Shown: positions 49,748 through 61,894, counted from the first letter of the stretch. The stretch: DNA of 64,000 nucleotides from Bacillus subtilis subsp. subtilis str. 168 (GCF_000009045.1 NC_000964.3:2976001-3040000), one strand, 5' to 3'. Notes: a model not told the origin generated them from the letters alone. Program-made: numbers and translations.

Positions 49748-50953
49748 TTAAAAGAGTTCAGCGAATTTATCGTTAGCTTCTTGTTCGCTATAAAGGGTCA
49801 TTGTCTCAATGTTATCTACCGCTTCTTGAATATACGGCTCGAAATCAACAAAGCTTTCAAAGTGTTCAATTTTCTCTTTTTTAGGGCGTGTTTTCGGGCT
49901 TGGCGGTGTAAAGATCGTGCAGCAGTCTTCAAACGGCTGAATACTTGTCTCATATGTGCCAATTTCCCGTGATTTTTCGATGATTTCTGTTTTGTCCATG
50001 GCGATTAGCGGACGCAAAATCGGTGTTGACGTCACCGCATTAATTGCATACATGCTTTCAAGCGTTTGGCTCGCTACCTGACCGAGGCTTTCTCCCGTAA
50101 TAATGGCAAGCCCGTTTCTCTTTTCTCTGATTCTGTCGGCTATCTGAAGCATGAGGCGGCGGGTTGCCGTCATTGTGTAATTTTCAGGAATTTGTTTTTG
50201 GATGAGCTCTTGCGTTTTTGTAAATGGAACAATATGAAGTGTCATGCTTCCCCCAAAACGGGACAGACATTTCGCCAGATCCATTACCTTTTGCTTTGCG
50301 CGCTCGCTTGTGTATGGCGGGCTGAAGAAATGAACAGCTTCTACCGACAATCCCCGTTTCATCGCATAAAAACCGGCCACAGGGCTGTCAAAACCGCCAG
50401 AAAGCATCAGCATCGCTTTTCCTGCTGAACCAACTGGCAGCCCGCCTGCACCTTTTTCATCACGAATTGTCAAAAATGTTGCTTCTTCCCTGATTTCGAT
50501 TCTGAGCGGGATGTCTGGGTTGCGAACATCGACCGTCAATCCTTCTGTATTTCGCAAAATATGGCCGCCGATTTCAGCGTTCATCTGGTTTGTATCTAAT
50601 TCAAATTGCTTATACGCTCTCTTTGTCGCGACTTTAAACGTATCACCTGGTTTATACTGATCTTTGATAGCCTTTAGTGCGGTTGCCTTAATATCATCAA
50701 GGCGGCTGTCACACTTAATTGCCAGGCTGAAGCTTTGAATCCCAAACACTTGCTTTAAATGAGGAAAAAGAGCCTCAGGATCCTCTCCATTTAATGTAAT
50801 CGTCATACGATCCCTGTTGGAAAAGTATTTTAAATTCGGATAGTCTTTCAAAACGAGTCTGATGTTTTGTTTTAAGCGCTCAATAAAGCTTTTTCTGTTT
50901 TTGCCTTTGGTCGAAATTTCCCCAAAACGAATTAATATATGATCGTAATTCAT
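49748..50953 (-). CDS. thiI: tRNA 4-thiouridine synthase ThiI
   Basis: 401 aa; THUMP domain, PP-loop LSGGFDS, TGESLGQVASQT, EDCC (old name ytbJ). Confidence 0.95.
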   Translation of the reverse strand: MNYDHILIRFGEISTKGKNRKSFIERLKQNIRLVLKDYPNLKYFSNRDRMTITLNGEDPEALFPHLKQVFGIQSFSLAIKCDSRLDDIKATALKAIKDQYKPGDTFKVATKRAYKQFELDTNQMNAEIGGHILRNTEGLTVDVRNPDIPLRIEIREEATFLTIRDEKGAGGLPVGSAGKAMLMLSGGFDSPVAGFYAMKRGLSVEAVHFFSPPYTSERAKQKVMDLAKCLSRFGGSMTLHIVPFTKTQELIQKQIPENYTMTATRRLMLQIADRIREKRNGLAIITGESLGQVASQTLESMYAINAVTSTPILRPLIAMDKTEIIEKSREIGTYETSIQPFEDCCTIFTPPSPKTRPKKEKIEHFESFVDFEPYIQEAVDNIETMTLYSEQEANDKFAELF

Positions 50954-50956
50954 GTT

Positions 50957-52102
50957 CTACCTCATCATTTCCCTTAATTTTTTGATGCCAGGACGAAGCG
51001 CGTTCATAAACGGTTCTGCCACATCGCTTGTCTGGCTGTAATTTAAACTGATTCTGATGCTGCTTCCGGCAATCTGCTCTCCTTTGCCCATCTCTAAGAG
51101 AACCTTGCTGGGCTTATGTTCTTTTGCCGAGCAAGCCGATGTTGTGGAGACGAATATATCCTGTTCCTCAAGCATGTGTAAAAGCACTTCCGCTTTAATC
51201 CCCGGTACAGAGAAATTAATAATGTGCGGCGCGCTATTCATTTGAGGCGTGTTGATAACGACGCCCTCAATTTCACTCAGCCTATTCATAAACAATTCCT
51301 TTACGGCAGTCATCGTGTCAAGCCGTGTGTCAAAATCAGCAGAGGCCAGATTAATGGCCTTGGCAAGCGAAACCGCACCAGCAGTATGTTCTGTTCCGGC
51401 CCGTATGCCTTTTTGCTGAGAGCCTCCCGTTATGAGCGGAATAAGGCGTGTTCCTTCTTTTACAATAAGTGCGCCTGTCCCCTTTAGGCCGTGAAATTTA
51501 TGCCCCGAAATTGAACATAGATCAATGCCGGCCTTTTCAATTGCCAAGGGCACTTTATAGATGCCCTGCACATAATCGACGTGAAACAAAATGTTCGAAT
51601 GCTCTTTCAGCACTTCTCCTGCCGCTTCAATCGGCTGCACGGAACCGACTTCATTGTTCACATGCATCATGCTGACAAGCACGGTATCGGGACGGATGGC
51701 TGCTTTTAGATCTTCAATAGAAACAAATCCGTCTTCATTCACAGAAAGATAAGTGATATCAAACCCGAACAACTCTTTCAGCTGTTCTAACGATTCCGTA
51801 ACGGATGGATGTTCAATAGAAGTGGCAATGATATGTTTGCCTGTTTTTATCTTTGACAAAGCCGCTCCTTTTAAAGCCGCATTATTGGCTTCTGTGGCGC
51901 CTGACGTAAATACAATATCATATTTTTTTAGGCCTAAGGACCTTTTGATTTGATTTTTGGCTGCTTGAAGCAGCTGTTCCGTTTCGGCTCCATATCGGTG
52001 CAAAGATGAAGGATTGCCAAAGTATCGGCTGCTCGTCTGTTCATATACGTTCAAGACTTCATCGTAAGGCTTCGTCGTTGAACTATTATCTAAATATATC
52101 AT
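50957..52102 (-). CDS. nifZ: Cysteine desulfurase NifZ/IscSB
   Basis: 381 aa from [10 protein letters not shown]; PLP Lys in SGHKFHG, catalytic Cys in TTSACS. Confidence 0.93.
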
Positions 52103-52189
52103 CTTTTTTACTCCTTTATGAAAGCGGTACAAGGTATGATATTTATGTTACCATAACAAAATTTAATAGAAAATTACGAAAAACTAGTA

Positions 52190-52268
52190 TTGACTTCTAA
52201 TTTTTTTACCATATAATAAGATTTGTTCGTTTCGTCATATTATCTGACAATTAATTGACAGAATATTT
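52190..52268 (+). promoter_or_regulatory. braB promoter and downstream CodY-like site
   Basis: TTGACT-16 nt-TATAAT (52190-52217); AATTGACAGAATATT has 3 mismatches to the CodY motif AATTTTCWGAAAATT. Confidence 0.6.
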
Positions 52269-52296
52269 TAACATAATTATTAGGAGGATTTTTTTC

Positions 52297-53634
52297 ATGA
52301 AACACTCACTGCCTGTCAAAGATACCATTATTATTGGTTTCATGCTATTTGCGTTATTCTTTGGAGCAGGAAATATGATTTATCCGCCGGAACTTGGACA
52401 AGCAGCCGGACACAACGTCTGGAAGGCCATCGGCGGATTTTTACTGACAGGGGTAGGCCTGCCGCTTCTCGGCATTATCGCCATCGCATTAACCGGTAAG
52501 GACGCTAAAGGCCTTGCTGACAAAGCGCACCCTGTTTTCGGCACAATCTTTACTGTCGTGCTTTATTTATCAATCGGACCATTATTCGCCATCCCGAGAA
52601 CAGGAACTGTTTCATATGAAATTGGCGCTGTTCCGTTTTTGACTGGTGTACCAGAAAGACTTTCTTTATTAATATTTACACTTATCTTTTTCGGCGTTAC
52701 GTACTATTTAGCGTTAAACCCATCTAAGGTTGTGGATCGAGTCGGAAAAATTCTGACTCCCATCAAATTCACAATTATTTTAATCATTGTTCTCAAAGCC
52801 ATCTTCACGCCGATGGGCGGATTGGGCGCCGTGACAGAAGCATATAAAGGAACACCGGTTTTTAAAGGATTTTTAGAAGGCTATAAAACAATGGACGCAC
52901 TTGCTTCAATTGTATTTGGCGTTGTCGTTGTAAATGCTGTAAAAAGCAAAGGCGTTACACAGTCTAAAGCTCTTGCTGCAGCCTGCATTAAAGCAGGTGT
53001 GATTGCCGCTTTAGGCCTGACTTTCATTTATGTATCCCTTGCTTATTTAGGTGCAACAAGCACAAATGCCATTGGTCCTGTTGGTGAAGGAGCTAAAATT
53101 TTATCTGCGTCTTCCCATTATTTATTCGGTTCATTGGGCAACATCGTACTCGGAGCAGCGATTACAGTCGCATGTTTAACAACAAGCATCGGCCTTGTCA
53201 CATCTTGCGGCCAATATTTTTCAAAACTTATTCCGGCATTATCATATAAAATTGTCGTTACGATTGTCACGTTATTCAGCTTGATCATTGCGAATTTCGG
53301 ACTCGCGCAAATTATCGCGTTTTCTGTTCCTATTTTATCAGCTATCTATCCGCTTGCCATTGTCATTATCGTTCTTTCCTTCATCGATAAGATCTTTAAA
53401 GAAAGACGCGAAGTGTACATCGCATGCTTGATCGGTACAGGACTTTTCAGTATTTTAGACGGTATCAAAGCAGCCGGTTTTTCACTTGGATCTTTAGATG
53501 TGTTTCTAAATGCGAATCTTCCTCTTTACAGCCTCGGCATCGGCTGGGTGCTTCCAGGAATCGTCGGAGCGGTTATCGGCTATGTGCTGACCTTATTCAT
53601 CGGACCATCCAAACAGCTTAATGAAATAAGTTAA
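52297..53634 (+). CDS. braB: Branched-chain amino acid transporter (LIVCS)
   Basis: 445 aa from MKHSLP; FALFFGAGNMIYPP, FAIPRT, GYKTMDALAS. Confidence 0.95.
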   Translation: MKHSLPVKDTIIIGFMLFALFFGAGNMIYPPELGQAAGHNVWKAIGGFLLTGVGLPLLGIIAIALTGKDAKGLADKAHPVFGTIFTVVLYLSIGPLFAIPRTGTVSYEIGAVPFLTGVPERLSLLIFTLIFFGVTYYLALNPSKVVDRVGKILTPIKFTIILIIVLKAIFTPMGGLGAVTEAYKGTPVFKGFLEGYKTMDALASIVFGVVVVNAVKSKGVTQSKALAAACIKAGVIAALGLTFIYVSLAYLGATSTNAIGPVGEGAKILSASSHYLFGSLGNIVLGAAITVACLTTSIGLVTSCGQYFSKLIPALSYKIVVTIVTLFSLIIANFGLAQIIAFSVPILSAIYPLAIVIIVLSFIDKIFKERREVYIACLIGTGLFSILDGIKAAGFSLGSLDVFLNANLPLYSLGIGWVLPGIVGAVIGYVLTLFIGPSKQLNEIS

Positions 53635-53642
53635 TGTCACAG

Positions 53643-53713
53643 AACGCCTGCGTTATTGCGCAGGCGTTTTGTAATAAAAAAAGAGCCTGCTCATTACACT
53701 GCGGGCTCTTTTT
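53643..53713. terminator. Back-to-back terminators for braB (+) and ezrA (-)
   Basis: aacgcctgcg-ttattg-cgcaggcgtttt followed by aaaaaaagagcctgc-...-gcgggctcttttt. Confidence 0.85.
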
Positions 53714-53728
53714 CATGGTCGTGATTAT

Positions 53729-55417
53729 CTAAGCGGATATGTCAGCTTTGATTTTTTCAACTGCACCTGGCGCAGCCTTTTCTACAGCGGCAGCGGCAAT
53801 TTCATAAGAGTCGTCATAATCAAAAGCATAAAAACGTCTTTCCGCTTCTTTCAGCTGTTCAGATAAAATATGATTCTGGCTTCTGAACCGGTTTCCGAAC
53901 TGAATGATTTTTTCAATGAGGATGACCTGCTCGACAAGTTCCTCTGATTCCCGGCTTGCCCTGTTGACGATATCTTCTGCTTGTTTCAAATGGGCTCCGG
54001 CTTCTTCCATATTTAATGGAAGTTCGTTTAGTTGATTGACCGTTTCTTGAATATGATGATGCGCGTTCTCCAGCATCTCTTGAATATGGCTCGGAATGCC
54101 TGGAATGTTGCTAGTCTTCAGCAGTCTTGCTGTCTCAGAAATTGTTTTTTTCAAATTGCTGAGCGTCTCCCTCGCCTGAAGCTCTTCTTTTCTCAGCGCT
54201 TGCAGATTTTCACGATACTCGGCATGCTCTTTTTTCACTTCTTCAATTTGCTTCTCTATTGAAGCAACTTCTTCTACTAAAAGTGAGTAGGCGACATGCT
54301 CTGCATCAAGCTTATCTTTAACGGATGATAGCAGCTTTCCAATTTCATCAAGGCGCTTTTCAAAAGCCTGCTGTTTGCCGAGCTCACCGGCTGTCAGCCT
54401 GTAGCTTTCCTTCACCAGCTCAGTTTCCGCTTTCGTATGCTCTTTCTCTTCTTTAAGCTTGTCGTAAGCAATAATCAATTCAGGCATTTTGCTTAGTACG
54501 GATTGACCGGCTTCAACTTCGCCCTCCAGCTGCTGATAAACAGATTGAATATTTTCGTCAATGAGCTGCAGGATTGCGGACGCTTCATCAATATCCAGTT
54601 CAGTCATCAGGACATGTTCCGCTCGTTTCAGCTGGTTTGACAGATTTTCTAATTCCTTATCAAGCTGGATATGCTCAAGCTTGTACCCTTTTTCTTTCAT
54701 TTCGCCATAGCCATCCTTGAGCTTTGCAATCTGTCCGGGCACCGTCTGTTTACAGTCAGCTAACAGCTTCGGCACATCATCTATGTATGACTGAAGCCGT
54801 TCAAGATTGCGGTCCTGCTCAAGCAGTACTTTTCGTGCAGTAATATAGTTTCCGCCTTCTGTTTCTTCTTCAAATTGTTTGATGCCGCTCCAAATTTCGT
54901 CCAGATCCTTTTCAAGGCTGTCATAAAGCTCCCCGTAAAGGTGGCTGTAAGCCAGCAGGTTTTTTCGAGATTTCGAATAGCGCTCCCTCACCTGTTCAAT
55001 CTCTTCACGGCTCTTTTCCTCACTTGTGACAAGATCGCTGATTTCCCGAAGAATCTTTTCAATGCTTGATTCAGCCGCTGTCAGCAGGTCGTCGATATGA
55101 ACGAGCACTTGATTGGCCTTTTTAAACCGGTATTTGTCTGCATTTTCCTCGGCATCATAAAGGAGCTCTTCAACTTTCGGCATGTGGGCTGTGACAATCT
55201 CATCCCATTCTTCACGCCACTTCTCAAAGAACTCTTCTGTCTGACCCGTCATTTTTAAATGTTTTATTTTAGACATTTCTTCCACGATCGACCGATTCAG
55301 AATTTCAATCTTCCACGATTCCAGCCGGTCGATTTCGGCGTAGATTTTTTTCCTGAAAAAGTAGCCTGCCGCAAACAGCGCAAGCAGTACAATTAATAAT
55401 CCAATGACAAACTCCAT
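53729..55417 (-). CDS. ezrA: Septation ring formation regulator EzrA
   Basis: 562 aa; N-terminal TM, long coiled coil, QNR patch IIQFGNRFR. Confidence 0.97.
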   Translation of the reverse strand: MEFVIGLLIVLLALFAAGYFFRKKIYAEIDRLESWKIEILNRSIVEEMSKIKHLKMTGQTEEFFEKWREEWDEIVTAHMPKVEELLYDAEENADKYRFKKANQVLVHIDDLLTAAESSIEKILREISDLVTSEEKSREEIEQVRERYSKSRKNLLAYSHLYGELYDSLEKDLDEIWSGIKQFEEETEGGNYITARKVLLEQDRNLERLQSYIDDVPKLLADCKQTVPGQIAKLKDGYGEMKEKGYKLEHIQLDKELENLSNQLKRAEHVLMTELDIDEASAILQLIDENIQSVYQQLEGEVEAGQSVLSKMPELIIAYDKLKEEKEHTKAETELVKESYRLTAGELGKQQAFEKRLDEIGKLLSSVKDKLDAEHVAYSLLVEEVASIEKQIEEVKKEHAEYRENLQALRKEELQARETLSNLKKTISETARLLKTSNIPGIPSHIQEMLENAHHHIQETVNQLNELPLNMEEAGAHLKQAEDIVNRASRESEELVEQVILIEKIIQFGNRFRSQNHILSEQLKEAERRFYAFDYDDSYEIAAAAVEKAAPGAVEKIKADISA

Positions 55418-55613
55418 AATGAGCCCCCTTGCTGTTTACCTTAATCTGTCAGGGTGTTTTATTTATTCAGAAAGATTTCAGGATATGTATTGAGAAAAAC
55501 TGTCGTTTTCATTGTTATTATGATACCATGTAACAAACATTTTTTGACCAGAAATCAAAAACTTTTTGTGCAAAATCGGCAGGATTTGACTATTTTTTCA
55601 TGGGGTGACATCA

Positions 55614-56420
55614 ATGCAAAAGCGAGACGGACATATTCACACACCATTTTGCCCTCACGGCTCCAATGACACACTCAGACAATATGCAGAAGAAGCCTTA
55701 AAAAAAGGGTTCGAATCGATTACTTTTACCGAACACGCCCCATTGCCGCCATCTTTTACCGATCCCACGCCGCTGAAAGACAGCGCGATGGCGCAAGCTT
55801 CTTTGGAACGCTATATTCATGAAATTTCCGGATTAAAAAAAGAATATCGCGGACAGCTTAGCATACGGACAGGGCTTGAAGTCGATTATATCGCTGAATT
55901 TGAAGACGAAATTACATTATTCCTAGACACATACGGGCCATATTTAGATGACAGCATCTTATCCGTTCATTTTTTGCGCACAGACTCTTCCTATCTATGC
56001 CTTGATTATGACGAGCATACCTTCAAAGAGCTGATTTCAGCCTGCGGAAGCATTGAAGCGGTATATGAACAATATTACCGGAGTATCTATTCTTCCATTG
56101 TAGCATCTCTCGGCGTTTATAAGCCAAAAAGAGTCGGTCACATCACACTCGTCCAAAAATTCATCAAGCTGTTTCCATACAGCATGTCAGAGCATATTCG
56201 CGGCCTCGTTTCTCTGTGCCTGAATGCCATTGAAGAAAACGGAATGGAGCTCGACTTCAATACTTCCGGCTTAAGAAAAACTTACGCTGGCGGTATTTAT
56301 ATCGAGGATTGGATGCTGAATGAAGCGAAGCAAAAGAAGATCCCGCTTGTGTTTGGGTCTGATGCCCATCAAGCGGGAGATGTCGGATATGCGTATGAGG
56401 CGTTTTTGGAACGGTGCTAG
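55614..56420 (+). CDS. hisK: Histidinol-phosphatase (PHP family)
   Basis: 268 aa from MQKRDGHIHT; FTEH, GLEVDY, SVHF, GSDAH (also called hisJ/ytvP). Confidence 0.9.
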   Translation: MQKRDGHIHTPFCPHGSNDTLRQYAEEALKKGFESITFTEHAPLPPSFTDPTPLKDSAMAQASLERYIHEISGLKKEYRGQLSIRTGLEVDYIAEFEDEITLFLDTYGPYLDDSILSVHFLRTDSSYLCLDYDEHTFKELISACGSIEAVYEQYYRSIYSSIVASLGVYKPKRVGHITLVQKFIKLFPYSMSEHIRGLVSLCLNAIEENGMELDFNTSGLRKTYAGGIYIEDWMLNEAKQKKIPLVFGSDAHQAGDVGYAYEAFLERC

Positions 56421-57040
56421 TTGGTGAGCGCCACGTCTCCTGTCCGGAAGACGCTTCTGATCCAAATCTTGATTTCTTCAAAATACATTTTATAAAAATA
56501 CGGCTCGTGCGGCTGCATGTAGAGTACTTCTGAAATATATTGAGGCTGGAGATAGGGCATCATCAAGAGAGATTTTAATTGGAGAATAAAATGAGGCAGC
56601 GGCAGCGTTAAATATTCACGCTGTTTTTCTCCTTCCTCAATGATCAGCTGGAAGATATACTTTTCCTTCATTAGATATGTCGACATAATTTCCCTGATTA
56701 ATGTGGAGTCAATTGTGACTTCCCGGTAGACAAAACGAGTTAATTGACGATGATTATGCTGATAGGATAAAATATCGAAAACCAATTGAAGAAGCTGTTC
56801 CTGCGTGCTTTGAGTAGAGATATTGCTTGCCGCTGTTTCAAGCGTTTTGCTGTAGCCTTCGTAAAACTCTGAAACTAAGTGTTCCATCAAGCCTCCTTTG
56901 CCTTTAAAATAGTAGGAGATGTGCGCAACATTTACATCAGCTGACTTTGCGATTTCACGGACAGACGTGCCAGAAAATCCTTTTTGGTTAAAAAGCATGA
57001 CAGCAGATTCAATAATTTTGTCTTTGGTGCTTACTTTCAT
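56417..57040 (-). CDS. refZ: TetR-family regulator of FtsZ, RefZ
   Basis: 207 aa from MKVSTK; TetR HTH (KGFSGTSVREIAKSADVNVAHISYYF); EzrA synteny (old name yttP). Confidence 0.92.
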   Translation of the reverse strand: MKVSTKDKIIESAVMLFNQKGFSGTSVREIAKSADVNVAHISYYFKGKGGLMEHLVSEFYEGYSKTLETAASNISTQSTQEQLLQLVFDILSYQHNHRQLTRFVYREVTIDSTLIREIMSTYLMKEKYIFQLIIEEGEKQREYLTLPLPHFILQLKSLLMMPYLQPQYISEVLYMQPHEPYFYKMYFEEIKIWIRSVFRTGDVALTN

Positions 57041-57166
57041 ACGGCTCACTCCTTCCTCTTGATACTATTCAAGCAGAAAGCCGCTGTTCCTGTAAGAACT
57101 TATCGACAAATGCCGGCAGAAAAGCCGGAACTTTGTTTTATATTATAGAAAAAGTGAGGGTTTTCC

Positions 57167-57658
57167 ATGTTCCATGTCGAAAAACAATCTGGAGATAAAG
57201 AAAAAGACTATCAGCTTCTGCTAAAACAGCTCGAAGCCATGACCGAAGACGAAACAGACCAAATAGCTAACTATGCAAATGCCTCAGCACTGCTGTATCA
57301 TTCGCTGCCTGAAGTCAACTGGGCGGGTTTCTATTTTGCCAAAGAAGAGGATGGACAGCTTGTGTTAGGTCCGTTCCAAGGCCTGCCGGCATGTGTTCGG
57401 ATTCCTTTCGGCAGAGGGGTTTGCGGCACAGCGTACGCAAACGGAAAAGTGGAACGTATTGAGGATGTAAACGCGTTTCCGGGACATATCGCCTGCGATG
57501 CAGCGTCTCAATCAGAAATTGTGCTTCCGATTCGTGTAGACGGAAAAATTGTCGGCGTCTTGGACATCGACAGCCCAGTGAAAAACCGTTTCGACGAAAT
57601 TGATGAAAAATACTTAACTCAATTTGCCGAAACGCTAGAAAAAGCGTTAGCGCAGTAA
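57167..57658 (+). CDS. ytsP: GAF-domain free methionine-R-sulfoxide reductase-like protein
   Basis: 163 aa; NWAGFY, LGPFQGLPAC, GVCG, HIACD..S.SEIV, LDIDS. Confidence 0.92.
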   Translation: MFHVEKQSGDKEKDYQLLLKQLEAMTEDETDQIANYANASALLYHSLPEVNWAGFYFAKEEDGQLVLGPFQGLPACVRIPFGRGVCGTAYANGKVERIEDVNAFPGHIACDAASQSEIVLPIRVDGKIVGVLDIDSPVKNRFDEIDEKYLTQFAETLEKALAQ

Positions 57659-57661
57659 TAT

Positions 57662-57700
57662 AAAAGCCCAAAACTGATATCGTTTTGGGCTTTTTTTATT
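57662..57700. terminator. Bidirectional terminator between ytsP and ytrP
   Basis: aaaagcccaaaac-tgatatc-gttttgggctttttt. Confidence 0.85.
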
Positions 57701-59435
57701 TTATTGAGTCATGAATCATCAAGCGGTTTTTCCCGCTCCGTTTCGCGCTGTAGAGCGCTTCATCTGCCTCATGCACAAGCTCTTTCAGCGACTTTTTTGT
57801 TTCTGTCGTCCAGCAGGAGATACCGCAGGAAATGGTTACCTCGGGTTTCGTATTTTTTCTGACCGCGTAAACCAGTCGCTCGGTAATCCGTTTCCCCACT
57901 GCAACCGGCACATTTGGCAAATAAATCGCCAGCTCCTCTCCTCCCCAGCGGGCACCGACATCATGCTTTCGGATGTTGCTTTTAATCACTGAAGCGACTT
58001 GAATTAAAATCTCGTCCCCAGTCTGATGGCCGTACGTATCATTTACATTTTTAAAATTATCAATATCAACAAGAATAAAAACACCCTTTTGATGGATTTT
58101 CATGCTGTATTGAATTTTTTCATCTAAATACGCTCGTGAATACAGTTCAGTCAGCTGATCTGTTTTCACGAGATGCTCAAGGCGGTCGCGAAGCATTGAA
58201 TTGGTTACAGCCAGTGTCGCGTGATGAATCAGCGCCTGAAACAGCTTGTACATTTCAAATGTAAAAGCGTACAGCTCCTGTTTCAATAAAACCGCAAAGC
58301 CTAAAAGCCGGTCGTTTTGAATCATCGGAGCAGCCATCAGCGAGCCGTACCCCGCCTTCCCAAAAACAGACTGGCCATTCCCGATGAAAACCCCTTTTTC
58401 ACCTTCATACAGCTTTTCTTTCAGCTCATTATAAAAATCTGACGGCTTCGCTTCTTTAAAAAATGCTGTGCTGCCTGGGAGCAATGTTAGGTTTTCAAAA
58501 TGGTCTATATGAAAAAATCCCACTTCTTCTGCCTGAAACGATTCTGCCATTCTCACAGCCAGATCATTCATTGTATCAGTCAATGTCAGCCGCTGATTCA
58601 GGCGTCGTGATGTTTCATTAATCAATTCCAAATTTGCGATGCTTGCTTTGGATTGTTCGTAGAGCTGGGCATTTTCAAACGCTTTTCCCGCGGCGTTTGC
58701 TAACAGCGACATTTCATCAAGGCAGGCATCAGTAAGAAAGCTGTCACCCGTTCCTTCAGCCTTCAACACCCCGTATGTGCCCTGCTGTCCTTTGATCGGA
58801 ATATAGGCGACAGATTCATTTTTCCGCAAAATGTCTCCGGACAAATACACTTTGAGCGCAAAGGAATCGGATTTTTCCCCTTCCATATACAGCTCTTTTG
58901 CAGGAATCCCTAAACATTGGTCTTGATCGTGCGATATAAATAAAGAAAACTCAAAAAGAGAAAATGTGCTTGTCAAGCTTTCTAAAAGCTGCTTCAGCAC
59001 ATCTGTCTGATCAAGCAGTGAATGGAACAGCTCTGTCATTTTGTATATCTTTTTTTGGTAGATCGTTTTGTTATAGAGTCTTTCCTGTTTCATCGACTGG
59101 TTTAAAAATGAAGCAACCACGTCCGGAAGCCCTTCAGGAATCTCTTCATCCTGCCTGCACGCAAGATGGAAACGCCTGCCGGAGCCGTCCTCAATCAGAT
59201 AACATGAAGCGTTTATTTTTGAAGCGGAAAAACGCGCTTCACCATCTGCCAGTTTTGTCACAAAGTCTGATGGTGACGGTGTAAGCGAAACACAAAGGGT
59301 TGAAAAATAGGTTTGAATAGCCGAAGTCAGCCATATGAAAGAGTCGGTGAATGTGACTTTTTCAGATTTGGTTAATAAAAAATCGAGCATATGATAATGA
59401 AAGGCGGATAATTGATCTTTAGTTTGTTCTACCAT
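57696..59435 (-). CDS. ytrP: GAF-GGDEF diguanylate cyclase
   Basis: 579 aa; GAF-like regions, DIDNFKNVNDTYGH, RKHD...GGEEL (also called dgcP). Confidence 0.92.
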   Translation of the reverse strand: MVEQTKDQLSAFHYHMLDFLLTKSEKVTFTDSFIWLTSAIQTYFSTLCVSLTPSPSDFVTKLADGEARFSASKINASCYLIEDGSGRRFHLACRQDEEIPEGLPDVVASFLNQSMKQERLYNKTIYQKKIYKMTELFHSLLDQTDVLKQLLESLTSTFSLFEFSLFISHDQDQCLGIPAKELYMEGEKSDSFALKVYLSGDILRKNESVAYIPIKGQQGTYGVLKAEGTGDSFLTDACLDEMSLLANAAGKAFENAQLYEQSKASIANLELINETSRRLNQRLTLTDTMNDLAVRMAESFQAEEVGFFHIDHFENLTLLPGSTAFFKEAKPSDFYNELKEKLYEGEKGVFIGNGQSVFGKAGYGSLMAAPMIQNDRLLGFAVLLKQELYAFTFEMYKLFQALIHHATLAVTNSMLRDRLEHLVKTDQLTELYSRAYLDEKIQYSMKIHQKGVFILVDIDNFKNVNDTYGHQTGDEILIQVASVIKSNIRKHDVGARWGGEELAIYLPNVPVAVGKRITERLVYAVRKNTKPEVTISCGISCWTTETKKSLKELVHEADEALYSAKRSGKNRLMIHDSIK

Positions 59436-59511
59436 GTTTTTATCACCTAAAAGTTTACCACTAATTTTTGTTTATTATATCATAAACGGTGAAGCAATAA
59501 TGGAGGAATGG

Positions 59512-59540
59512 TTGACTTCAAAACAAATAAATTATATAAT
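59512..59540 (+). promoter_or_regulatory. sigma-A promoter of rpsD
   Basis: TTGACT-17 nt-TATAAT. Confidence 0.9.
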
Positions 59541-59546
59541 GACCTT

Positions 59547-60332
<786 letters not shown>

Positions 60333-60338
60333 TCGTTT

Positions 60339-60374
60339 TAAAAACCCCTGCCGCTATGCGGTCGGGGTTTTTTT
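60339..60374. terminator. rpsD terminator (likely bidirectional)
   Basis: aaaaacccctgccgc-tat-gcggtcggggttttttt. Confidence 0.85.
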
Positions 60375-60473
60375 ATCGGCTTTCGCCTCTTGCTGGCCAA
60401 CACTATCTTGCGCCTGCTGCTCCCAATGATCCCGCTGCAGCCGTTCTTTTGCAATCGTACACATGAGATTCAC
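60354..60473 (-). CDS. 39-aa small ORF (MNLMCTIAKERLQRDHWEQQAQDSVGQQEAKADKKTPTA)
   Basis: Translated by hand. GTG start 9 nt after RBS GAAAGGAG; TAG stop inside the rpsD terminator stem. Below the ORF-track size cutoff. Confidence 0.6.
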   Translation of the reverse strand: MNLMCTIAKERLQRDHWEQQAQDSVGQQEAKADKKTPTA

Positions 60474-60563
60474 GCTTTAGCGCTCCTTTCATTTAAAAGG
60501 TGGTGATTGGTCGTGTTTGCCCTATCTAATATACTCTTTTCCTTTCATTCCTATGCGGTAAAC

Positions 60564-60602
60564 AAAAAGATCCTTTGCCTTCAGTGGCAAAGGATCTTTT
60601 TC
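60564..60602 (-). terminator. Terminator after tyrS
   Basis: aaaaagatcctttgcc-ttcagt-ggcaaaggatctttttt. Confidence 0.9.
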
Positions 60603-61892
<1,290 letters not shown>

Positions 61893-61894
61893 TT

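Noticed and set aside
57102-57108. Spo0A-like box TGTCGAT upstream of refZ
   Set aside because: One mismatch in a 7-mer; plausible biologically but not supportable from sequence alone.
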